Below, in pieces: positions 15,947 through 29,100 of a DNA stretch of 64,000 bases. Both the position numbers and the translations under genes were made by a program. The stretch is from Eledone cirrhosa. Its lineage: Eukaryota. The DNA is taken from NCBI GenBank assembly GCA_964016885.1, contig OZ024760.1:10354001-10418000 (forward strand), given 5' to 3'. Under the pieces are notes generated by a model. The model searched no databases. It saw only the letters and a program-made list of their open reading frames with translations, and was not told the origin of the DNA. Numbering within the stretch: the first letter of the stretch is position 1; each line of letters starts with the position of its first letter.

Positions 15947-17074
15947 GACAGAGAGAGAGAAAAAAGGTGAAATTGGAAATAGCACGGAAAATATATTTTA
16001 GGGTCTGTTTTTCTTTTTTTTTTACTTTCTTTAATTTGTCAAAGTGACATTATTGAAAAAATGAGACAATTCTTTTAAAAAGATTTTATAATGTATATAA
16101 AGTATATAAAGTATTACCAGTTTCGATGTATTAGTAAAATTCATCTTATCAAATGTTGAGTATTACAATTAAAAAGAATTAATAAGAATTAAAAACTAAA
16201 TATTAAAGATTTAAAATTAAGAGGTAAGTTTTTTTTCATCTTCCTTGTCGAGAAGGAGACTGGAAAATGAGTAGCAGCAGCAGTGTTGGTAGTTGTGTTT
16301 CTTCACATAGAACAAAATTGTTTTTAGGGACAAAGGAAATATTCTGTAAATATGTATGCATCTCAGTTGTGTTCAGATGGGCTAAGGGGGAATTGTAAGC
16401 TGAGGTCAGTCTAGGATCTTGAGACAGGTCTGGCAGCCATACAATCCCACTAGCCATTCTAGGATCCTCAGAAGCCATCAAATTGATGCTATATACCTAC
16501 ACAAACATGCACGCACACACACACACACATATGCATATATATACACACATATACAAATACACAGAAACACACACATATACATATACATATACACATATAC
16601 AAATACACAGAAACACACACATATACATATATATATATACAAATACACAAACATATATATACATATACACATATACAAATACACAGAAACACACACGCAT
16701 TATATATATGGAGGCACATGGCTTAGTGGTTAGAGCATTGGCCTTGCAATCGAAAGGTTGTGAGTTCAATTCTCAGACCAGGTGATGTGTTGTTTCCTTG
16801 AGCAAGACACTTTATTTCACATTGCTCCAGTTTACTCAGCTGTAGAAACGAGATGATAGGGACTGGGGTCCCTATTATTCCACTGCAAAGTGGTCGTGGA
16901 GGTGCCACGGCAAAAAAGCACCCAGCACTCACTGTAAATGAGGTTGGTGTTAGGAAGGGCATCCAGCTGTAGAAATGAAATGATAGGACTGGGGTTAGCG
17001 GATGTAAAATGATGATGATGATATATATACACCCCCACAAACACACATACACACACTCAATAGAGTTGTTCTGT

Positions 17075-17112
<38 letters not shown>

Positions 17113-20100
17113 AAGACTGGGTATTGAACCTAGATAACCTGTATTGATTTCTTCCATACATCCTGTTGATACCAGCTTTAACTCTACTTCACACACACAT
17201 ATACACATGTTTTGTCCATGTGTGTGTCTGTAAGTCAGTGTGTGTGTGTGTCAGTGTATATATATGTATGTCAGTGTGTATTTGTGTATGTGTCTGCCTG
17301 TGTGTGTCTGTGTAAGTCAGTGTGTGTGTGTCAGTGTATATATATGTATGTCAGTGTATATATATGTATGTCAGTGTGTATTTGTGTATGTGTCTGCCTG
17401 TGTGTGTCTGTGTAAGTCAGTGTGTGTGTGTCAGTGTATATATATGTATGTCAGTGTATATATATGTATGTCAGTGTGTATTTGTGTATGTGTCTGCTTG
17501 TGTGTGTCTGTGTCAATGTGTGTGTCAGTGTATGTCTATGTATTTATGTATGTCAGTAAATGTGTTCATGTATGCCAGTGAGTGTATGTGTGTCAGTGTA
17601 TATGTATGTCACTATGTATATGTATCAGTGTGGATGTGTGTGTCTATCTGTATGTATGCGTCAGTGTGTGTCAGTATATGTGTGTGTCAGTATATGTATA
17701 TATCAGTGTATGTATGTGTCAGTGTGTATATATCAGTATGAGTATGTCTGTGTCAGTATATGTATGTGTCAGTGTATGTATATATGAGTGTGTCAGTGTA
17801 TGTGTGTGTCAGTGTATGTCAGTATATGTATGTCTGTGTGTGTATATATATGTGTCAGTATATGTATGTGTCAGTGTATGTATGTGTCTGTGTGTGTGTG
17901 TCAGTGTGTGTGTGTCAGTATGTATGCGTGTATGTCAGTATATATCAGTGTGTCACAACCCCCTCTCCCCCCCAGTCCTATGTTAGACAACTTGGTCCAT
18001 AAATTGTAATATTTCTCTGTAAATCAATAGACCGGTTTCTCTATAGACCACCTAATATTGGTGCATTGCTGTCTACCAGTGGCACTACTACCACTACATA
18101 TACTACTACTACTACCACTACTACTACCACTACTACTACCACTACTACTACCACTACTACTACCACTACTACTACTATTAATACTACTACTACTACTACT
18201 ACTATTACTAATATTGGTAGTAGTGGTACTAATATTGGTAGTAGTCGTACTAGTAATATTGGTAGCAGTGGTACTAGTAATATTGGTAGTAGTCGTACTA
18301 GTAATATTGGTAGTAGTGGTACTAGTAATATTGGTAGTACTGGTACTAGTAATATTGGTAGTAGTGGTACTAGTAATATTGGTAGTAGTGGTACTAGTAA
18401 TATTGGTAGTAGTAGTACTAGTAATATTGGTAGTAGTGGTACTAGTAATATTAGTAGTAGTGGTACTAGTAATATTGGTAGTAGTGGTACTAGTAATATT
18501 GGTAGCAGTGGTACTAGTAATATTGGTAGTAGTAGTACTAGTAGTAGTGGTACTAGTAATATTGGTAGTACTGGTACTAGTAATATTGGTAGTAGTAGTA
18601 CTAGTAGTAGTGGTACTAGTAATATTGGTAGTACTGGTACTAGTAATATTGGTAGTAGTGGTACTAGTAATATTAGTAGTAGTGGTACTAGTAATATTGG
18701 TAGTAGTAGTACTAGTAATATTGGTAGTAGTAGTACTAGTAATATTGGTAGTAGTAGTACTAGTAATATTGGTAGTAGTGGTACTAGTAATATTGGTAGT
18801 ACTGGTACTAGTAATATTGGTAGTAGTGGTACTAGTAATATTGGTAGTACTGGTACTAGTAATATTGGTAGTACTGGTACTAGTAATATTGGTAGTAGTG
18901 GTACTAGTAATATTGGTAGTACTGGTACTAGTAATATTGGTAGTAGTGGTACTAGTAATATTGGTAGTACTGGTACTAGTAATATTGGTAGTAGTGGTAC
19001 TAGTAATATTGGTAGTACTGGTACTAGTAATATTGGTAGTAGTGGTACTAGTAATATTGGTAGTAGTGGTACTAGTAATATTGGTAGTAGTGGTACTAGT
19101 AATATTGGTAGTAGTAGTACTAGTAATATTGGTAGCAGTGGTACTAGTAATATTGGTAGTAGTAGTACTAGTAATATTGGTAGTACTGGTACTAGTAATA
19201 TTGGTAGTACTGGTACTAGTAATATTGGTAGTAGTAGTACTAGTAATATTGGTAGTAGTGGTACTAGTAATATTGGTAGTACTGGTACTAGTAATATTGG
19301 TAGTACTGGTACTAGTAATATTGGTAGTAGTCGTACTAGTAATATTGGTAGTAGTGGTACTAGTAATATTGGTAGCAGTGGTACTAGTAATATTGGTAGT
19401 AGTGGTACTAGTAATATTGGTAGTAGTGGTACTAGTAATATTGGTAGTAGTAGTACTAGTAGTAGTGGTACTAGTAATATTGGTAGTAGTAGTACTAGTA
19501 GTAGTGGTACTAGTAATATTGGTAGTACTGGTACTAGTAATATTGGTAGTACTGGTACTAGTAATATTGGTAGTACTGGTACTAGTAATATTGGTAGTAG
19601 TCGTACTAGTAATATTGGTAGTAGTGGTACTAGTAATATTGGTAGTAGTGGTACTAGTAATATTGGTAGTACTGGTACTAGTAATATTGGTAGTACTGGT
19701 ACTAGTAATATTGGTAGTAGTGGTACTAGTAATATTGGTAGCAGTGGTACTAGTAATATTGGTAGTAGTCGTACTAGTAATATTGGTAGTAGTGGTACTA
19801 GTAATATTGGTAGTAGTGGTACTAGTAATATTGGTAGTACTGGTACTAGTAATATTGGTAGTACTGGTACTAGTAATATTGGTAGTAGTGGTACTAGTAA
19901 TATTGGTAGCAGTGGTACTAGTAATATTGGTAGTAGTGGTACTAGTAATATTGGTAGTACTGGTACTAGTAATATTGGTAGTAGTGGTACTAGTAATATT
20001 GGTAGTACTGGTACTAGTAATATTGGTAGTACTGGTACTAGTAATATTGGTAGTAGTGGTACTAGTAATATTGGTAGTAGTGGTACTAGTAATATTGGTA

Positions 20101-23100
20101 GCAGTCGTACTAGTAATATTAGTAGTAGTCGTACTAGTAATATTAGTAATATTGGTACTAGTAATATTGGTAGTAGTGGTACTATTACTGTAGTTGTAAT
20201 AGTATTGTATTCCTGGTAGGTATTAGTACTGTTATCATACATACTGTCCAGTTACTATAGATACCACTAGTTCAGTGTTTGATGTAGTTAAACAGTTTCT
20301 CTCTTATTATGTCCGTGTCTCTTCTATTTCAGGTACCATCAAAGATCTTGAGAATGCCTTGGACAGTGAAGTGTTGCTTCGTGACGGACATGTAACACGA
20401 TCTGGCAGGTGGGTTGTAGGTTATTACTTTACCTAGCTTATTACTTTACCTAGGTTATTACTTTACCTAGGTTATTACTGTACCTAGGTTATTAATGTAC
20501 CTAGCTTATTACTTTACCTAGGTTATTACTGTACCTAGGTTATTAATGTACCTAGCTTATTACTTTACCTAGGTTATTACTTTACCTAGGTTATTACTGT
20601 ACCTAGGTTATTACTGTACCTAGCTTATTACTTTACCTAGGTTATTACTGTACCTAGGTTATTAATGTACCTAGCTTATTACTTATCTTGGTTATTACTG
20701 TACCTAGGTTATTACTGTACCTAGCTTATTACTGTACCTAGCTTATTACTTATCTTGGTATTACTGTACCTAGGTTATTACTGTACCTAGGTTATTACTT
20801 ATCTTGGTATTACTGTACCTAGGTTATTACTTATCTTAGCTTATTACTGTACCTAGGTTATTACTTATCTTGGTATTACTGTACCTGGTTTATTACTGTA
20901 CCTAGGTTATTACTTATCTTGGTATTACTGTACCTTGGTTATTACTTGTCTTGGTATTACTGTACCTAGGTTATTACTTATCTTGGTATTACTGTACCTT
21001 GGTTATTACTGTACCTAGGTTATTACTTATCTTGGTATTACTGTACCTAGGTTATTACTTATCTTGGTATTACTGTACCTAGGTTATTACTTATCTTGGT
21101 ATTACTGTACCTAGGTTATTACTTATCTTGGTATTACTGTACCTAGGTTATTACTTATCTTGGTATTACTGTACCTAGGTTATTACTTATCTTGGTATTA
21201 CTGTACCTTGGTTATTACTGTACCTAGGTTATTACTTATCTTGGTATTACTGTACCTAGGTTATTACTTATCTTGGTATTACTGTACCTAGGTTATTACT
21301 TATCTTGGTATTACTGTACCTAGGTTATTACTTATCTTGGTATTACTGTACCTAGGTTATTACTTATCTTGGTATTACTGTACCTTGGTTATTACTGTAC
21401 CTGGGTTATTACTGTACCTAGGTTATTACTGTACCTAGGTTATTACTTATCTTGGTATTACTGTACCTAGGTTATTACTTATCTTGGTATTATGATATAT
21501 TACCAGGGAGGTGACTTGACAGTGGATTGGTTGAGCATCTGATAAATTACTTTACTGTATTTAGTTACAACCTTCTACATTCTAAGTTCAAATCCTGCCA
21601 CGGTCAACTTTACCTTTCATCTTTTCAGAGTCAATAAAGTAAAGTACCAGTTAAATACTTGGGTTCATTTAATAGATTTTTTTTTTCCCTCCCCGACATT
21701 GTACCTAAATTAAAATGATTATAATATATCACGTATAACTTGTACTCTCCCCAGTTACATCTTTGAACTGTTCCAAAAGGTAAACATTAACAAACAAAAC
21801 AAAGACCTCTACTTGGATCTCTTGAGCAAGATTATCAACTACCTGTCAACTGATGGTGAGGATTAACCTTTCTATTGCCTAGAATAACATACATTGTTAC
21901 CTCACTGTGGTCCTATTTTGGCCCCACTGTGACTAGACTGTGGTCTCACTGTGGGTAGACTGTGGCCCTCACAATGGCACTACACTCTACCCACAGCGGG
22001 TACCATGGTACTTCACATTGAGTACTTTCCTTTTTGAATACTTAATACTTGAGCTTGAATATTACACTCAAATACCCTGACACCACCACACCACACCACC
22101 ACCTCACTAACCACCATCACCACCACCACTAACCACCACCTCACTAACCACCACCACACCACACAACACCACCACCTCACTAACCACCACACCACCACCT
22201 CACTAACCACCACCTCACTAACCACCACCACCACCACCTCCCTAACCACCACCACCACCTCCCTAACCACCACCACCACCACCTCACTAACCACCACCAC
22301 ACAACACCACCACACCACACCACACCACACCACCACCTCACTAACCACCACCTCACTAACCACCACCACCTCACTAACCACCACCACCTCACTAACCACC
22401 ACCTCACTAACCACCACCACCACCACCTCCCTAACCACCACCACCTCCCTAACCACCACCACCACCACCTCACTAACCACCACCACACAACACCACCACA
22501 CCACACCACACCACACCACCACCTCACTAACCACCACCACACCACCACCACCACCTCACTAACCACCACCACCTCACTAACCACCACCACCTCACTAACC
22601 ACCACCTCACTAACCACCACCACCACCATCTCACTAACCACCACCACCACCTCACTAACCACCACCACACAACACCACCACACCACACCACACCACACCA
22701 CCACCTCACTAACCACCACCACACCACCACCACCACCTCACTAACCACCACCACCTCACTAACCACCACCTCACTAACCACCACCACCACCATCTCACTA
22801 ACCACCACCACCACCTCCCTAACCACCATCACACAACACCACACCACACCACCACCTCACTAACCACCACCACACCACCACCACCACCTCACTAACCACC
22901 ACCACCTCACTAACCACCACCACCACACTACACCACCACCTCCACCATCACACCACACCACCACCTCACTAACCACCACCACTACCACCACACCATCACC
23001 ACCACTCCACCACCACCACCACACTAACCATTACACCTGTCTATTATTCCAGCTTCCTCCAGTATCTTCATTACAAAAGGTTCAGGTGTTTCTAAACTCT

Positions 23101-26100
23101 TCGATTGTCTTGAGGTAAGATATATTTCTTTCTTTGCCACAAGGGCGCACAAGAAAAGGGGACAATACAAAGACACATGTTGGGGATTTTACATACACTC
23201 GTGTAAAAATATTGAAACAAACAAATTTAACAATCGAAATCCCCAATAGGGGGGGAGGCGTTATAGATGGGTTGTTTGATACCCCGTAGATAGAACAACC
23301 CTCAACTTCAGGAGCGTGTTGTGCAAGGGATCCTTTCTTCCTTTTGCTCTCTTCTTCAACTTACAGGTTTATATACAGAGAAGGCCCACTCACTCGGGGC
23401 CATTTTTGCCACATTCACCCACCTTTCAGTAAATTTACTGGGATGCAGTGCCTCTCTCCACCCTGATTCTCCTTCTAAAATGGTACCTAAAGAAGGGAAT
23501 GAGTTGTTGTCCGGAGAGAAAGGCATCTGTCCTCAGTCCTCTCAATCTCGTCCACCATATAACACCTTTCAGTAAATTTACTGGGGTGCAGTGCCTCTCT
23601 CTCCACTCTGATTCTCCTTCTAAAGTGGTACCTAAAGAAGGGAATGAGTTGTTGTCCGGAGAGAAAGGCATCTGTCCTCAGTCCTCTCAATCTCGTCCAC
23701 CATATAACACCTTTCAGTAAATTTACTGGGGTGCAGTGCCTCTCTCTCCACTCTGATTCTCCTTCTAAAGTGGTACCTAAAGAAGGGAATGAGTTGTTGT
23801 CCGGAGAGAAAGGTATCTGTCCTCAGTCCTCTCAATCTCGTCCACCATATAACACCTTTCAGTAAATTTACTGGGGTGCAGTGCCTCTCTCTCCACTCTG
23901 ATTCTCCTTCTAAAGTGGTACCTAAAGAAGGGAATGAGTTGTTGTCCGGAGAGAAAGGCATCTGTCCTCAGTCCTCTCAATCTCGTCCACCATATAACAC
24001 CTTTCAGTAAATTTACTGGGATGCAGTGCCTCTCTCCACCCTGATTCTCCTTCTAAAATGGTACCTAAAGAAGGGAATGAGTTGTTGTCCGGAGAGAAAG
24101 GTATCTGTCCTCAGTCCTCTCAATCTCGTCCACCATATAACACCTTTCAGTAAATTTACTGGGATGCAGTGCCTCTCTCCACCCTGATTCTCCTTCTAAA
24201 ATGGTACCTAAAGAAGGGAATGAGTTGTTGTCCGGAGAGAAAGGCATCTGTCCTCAGTCCTCTCAATCTCGTCCACCATATAACACCTTTCAGTAAATTT
24301 ACTGGGGTGCAGTGCCTCTCTCTCCACTCTGATTCTCCTTCTAAAATGGTACCTAAAGAAGGGAATGAGTTGTTGTCCGGAGAGAAAGGCATCTGTCCTC
24401 AGTCCTCTCAATCTCGTCCACCATATAACCTCTTTCACCATAGCCACTGTACAGAGGAAAACCGCCTCTCTTTCGTTTTTGAAAGCAGTTGGCGGTTTGA
24501 TCCTTACTATGGACTCGGCAGTCAACTGGATTTGTCCCCTACAGCAGTTGTTCTGTGTAGTTCCACAGGTCAGTTAAGCCCGGGCAGTGTACAATTGCGT
24601 GCAAGACGATAGTTAAGAGGATCTTTCCAGAACAGTCTTGTGTTGGATTGCTTCCTGAGTAATCTCCCTTTAATAACTGTTTCTACTTTAGGCACAAGGC
24701 CAGCAATTACCCCAGTGCATTACTGGTACTTTATTTTATCGACCCCCGTAAGGATGAAGGGCAAGGTCAACCTCCCTTTAATAACACACACCTTTCACAC
24801 ATACATATACTGACATACATCCACACACACATACTAACATCCACATGCATACACACATACTTACATCCACTTACACACACACATACAGATATACATACTG
24901 AAATACTGACATACACACACATAATGACAGACATACACATACTGACATACACACACACACATCGAGACATACATATACATAGATATACCCATACACACAC
25001 ACCGTATATACACATAGATCATCATCATCATCATCATTTTACGTCTGCTCTTCCCTGCTTGCAAGAGTGGGACGGGTCTTATTCAGCACAGCATCTCTCC
25101 ACTCGTCACGGTCCTTCATCATCTCCACCATGAGCTTCAATGATCTGAGGTCTGTTCTCACCACCTCCGCCCATGTTTTTCGTGGTCTACTTCTACCACG
25201 TCTTCCTTCAACTGGCATTTCCTGGCACTTCTTCACCCATCGGTCATCCTCCATGCGCATCACATGTCCATACCACCTCAGTCTCCTCTCTCGCACACTA
25301 CATTCTATCCCTCTCAGACACAGTTTCTCTCTCAACACACCTATGCTGGGTCGTTCACGCACATTTACACTGCACATCCAACGGAGCATGCTTGCCTCAT
25401 TTCTCTCCAGCCGTCGCATATCTTCTGCAGTTGCTGCCCATATCTCACTACCATGCAGCATCACGCTCCTCACACATCATATAACCGGCCTTTCGTACGC
25501 AGGGAGAAACCCGTCTTCGTCAGCAGAGGAAGCAGCTCCCTAAACTTCTTCCAACCTGTCCTTATTCTAGATACTATGACTTCGGAATAGATATACATAC
25601 ATATTAATATTTTGACATGTTGTTCCTGATTATATGCCCTTTCAAACACCAACCACTTTACAGGGTGTACTGGGTGTATTTTATCATGACACCAGCACTA
25701 CCACTTTACAGGGTGTACTGGGTGTATTTCATCATGGTACCAGTTCTACTATTTTACAGAGTGAACTGGATGCATGTTATTGTGGCACCAGCACTAACAT
25801 GTTACAGAGTGAACCGGACTAATGAAACAATTGTTAATACTTTGAATAAACCCTATTGTACAGCCGACTCATGTTATTCTTCACTCTTTTACTATATATA
25901 TCATCACCATCACCGTTTTATGTCCATTCTTCCACGCTAGCATGGGTTAGAAGGGCTGTCTGTTGTGGGCAATGCCAGGTCAGGTGACCATGTCTTGCTC
26001 ATACTGAACTGATTTTGGCTTGATTTCTACAACTGGATGCCCTTCCTAACATCAACCTCATTTACAGTGAGTACTGGGTGCTTTTTTACCGTGGTGCCTA

Positions 26101-29100
26101 CACAACTACTCTATAGTGTGGGCTGGGTGCTTTTTTGTCATGACACCTACACAACCACTTTATAGTGGGAGAGTGAGGGGGCATACTGTCTATATGCTTC
26201 AGCTGTGGGAAGTCGAGTCTTCTGTATTTACACCTTTCTTTTTCAGATAGTATTCAGAGAAGATGACCCTAAGACTAGGAAGAAGTTCCCTATTTCCAAT
26301 AATTATATCGTAAGTGTTTAGACAACTACCTACATTGTTGTCTTCTTTTGATATCCTCTTTTTTCTTTTCAACCCTCTCCCACCCCCACCCCACCTCTCT
26401 TCTGCCCCTCTTCCAGCCCTCTGAAACGATTCTCTGATCTCCGACCTGTGATCTCTCAATTCGGAGAAGTAGCAGCTCAACCCGGAGCGACTCTCTGATC
26501 TCCGACCTGTGATCTCTCAATTCGGAGAAGTAGCAGCTCAACTTGGAGCAACTCTCTGATCTCCGACCTGTGATCTCTCAATTCGGAGAAGTAGCAGCTC
26601 AACCTGAAGCGACTCTCTGATCTCCGACCTGTGATCTCTCAATTCGGAGAAGTAGCAGCTCAACCTAGAGTGACTCTGTTCTCTGATCTCCGACCTGTGA
26701 TCTCTCAATTCGGAGAAGTAGCAGCTCAACCTGGAGTGACTCTGTTCTCTGATCTCCGACCTGTGATCTCTCAATTCGGAGAAGTAGCAGCTCAACCTAG
26801 AGTGACTCTGTTCTCTGATCTCCGACCTGTGATCTCTCAATTCGGAGAAGTAGCAGCTCAACCTGGAGTGACTCTGTTCTCTGATCTCCGACCTGTGATC
26901 TCTCAATTCGGAGAAGTAGCAGCTCAACCTGGAGTGACTCTCTGATCTCCGACCTGTGATCTCTCAATTCGGAGAAGTAGCAGCTCAACCTGGAGTGACT
27001 CTGTTCTCTGATCTCCGACCTGTGATCTCTCAATTCGGAGAAGTAGCAGCTCAACCTAGAGTGACTCTGTTCTCTGATCTCCGACCTGTGATCTCTCAAT
27101 TCGGAGAAGTAGCAGCTCAACCTGGAGCGACTCTCTGATCTCCGACCTGTGATCTCTCAATTCGGAGAAGTAGCAGCTCAACCTAGAGTGACTCTGTTCT
27201 CTGATCTCCGACCTGTGATCTCTCAATTCGGAGAAGTAGCAGCTCAACCCGGAGCGACTCTCTGATCTCCGACCTGTGATCTCTCAATTCGGAGAAGTAG
27301 CAACTCAACCTAGAGTGACTCTGTTCTCTGATCTCCGACCTGTGATCTCTCAATTCGGAGAAGTAGCAGCTCAACCCGGAGCGACTCTCTGATCTCCGAC
27401 CTGTGATCTCTCAATTCGGAGAAGTAGCAGCTCAACCCGGAGTGACTCTCTGATCTCCGACCTGTGATCTCTCAATTCGGAGAAGTAGCAGTTCAACCTG
27501 GAGTGACTCTGTTCTCTGATCTCCGACCTGTGATCTCTCAATTCGGAGAAGTAGCAGCTCAACCTGGAGTGACTCTGTTCTCTGATCTCCGACCTGTGAT
27601 CTCTCAATTCGGAGAAGTAGCAGCTCAACCTGGAGTGACTCTCTGATCTCCGACCTGTGATCTCTCAATTCGGAGAAGTAGCAGCTCAACCTAGAGTGAC
27701 TCTGTTCTCTGATCTCTGACCTGTGATCTCTCAATTCGGAGAAGTAGCAGTTCAACCTGGAGTGACTCTGTTCTCTGATCTCCGACCTGTGATCTCTCAA
27801 TTCGGAGAAGTAGCAGCTCAACCTGGAGTGACTCTCTGATCTCCGACCTGTGATCTCTCAATTCGGAGAAGTAGCAGTTCAACCTGGAGTGACTCTGTTC
27901 TCTGATCTCCGACCTGTGATCTCTCAATTCGGAGAAGTAGCAGCTCAACCTGGAGTGACTCTCTGATCTCCGACCTGTGATCTCTCAATTCGGAGAAGTA
28001 GCAGCTCAACCTGGAGTGACTCTGTTCTCTGAGCTATCCACTCTATCAAGTAATGTTAAGCTATTCTTTTTAAAACTATTTGGTGCAGGTTTATATTTCT
28101 GAGGTGGATCCTAAAATAACACAGAAGACTATCGAATCATGGGTGAAACCAGCAGAATCACAGAAAAGTAAGTAATCCACATTATCTGTACTGCTCATAG
28201 CCATTGTGAAAGGCATTAACACCCTACACAGACATGGCTGTGTGGTTAAGAAAAATATATATATATATGGAGGCACATGGCTTAGTGGTTAGAGCATTGG
28301 CCTTGCAATCGAAAGGTTGTGAGTTTAATTCTCAGACCGGATGATGTGTTGTTTCCTTGAGCAAGACACTTTATTTCACATTGCTCCAGTTTACTCAGCT
28401 GTAGAAATGAGATGATAGGGACTGGGGTCCCTATCATTCCACTGCAAAGTGGTCGTGGAGGTGCCACGGCAAAAAAACACCCAGCACTCACTGTAAATGA
28501 GGTTGGTGTTAGGAAGGGCATCCAGCTGTAGAAATCAAGCCAGAATAAGTTCCCGTCCCACCCTTGCAAGCAGGGAAAAGTGGACATAAAATGATGATGA
28601 TGATGATATATACACATACATACATACATATACACATACATACATACATATACACATACATACATACATATACACACACATACACACAATTGTTTGATAT
28701 CTATTTCCCATGCTCTAACTTTTCACTTTATACTGCTCATATTCCACCATTCAATGCTGTTGTCTACCTGTGCAGGACGAGAACTCAATTACTGGTGTTT
28801 CTGCCCAGGTTTAATGATGACGGAACTCATGGCACTTGGTGTTAAATGTATGATTCTGACAAGTGGCACACTCTCTCCGATTGACTCTTTTACCAGTGAG
28901 CTAAATATGTAAGTATTGGTTTCTCTATCTTGTGTCAGTATCTGTAGGGTCGGTGCTAACATTCAGTCCAACCAGGCATCCACTTTGGCTGCACACTTAC
29001 TATTCATAGTCCAATATAAGCCACACCCCTATTTCATGTCTGAGAAATAGGCAAAAATTCAAACCCTGTTCATAAACCAAGGCAAGTAATCAACACAGAA

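Noticed and set aside
16710-16785. tRNA gene-like sequence
   Set aside because: It is the tRNA-derived head of a multi-copy SINE, not a standalone tRNA.
13684-18009. Many His/Thr/Tyr or Cys/Val/Met-rich ORFs
   Set aside because: Translations of (CA/TA/TG)n microsatellites.
18041-20242. Three overlapping 700+ aa ORFs (SNIGSSGT / VILVVVVL / LLPILLVP repeats)
   Set aside because: By-product of a stop-free 24-bp minisatellite in an RTEL1 intron; open in several frames on both strands with no unique domain.
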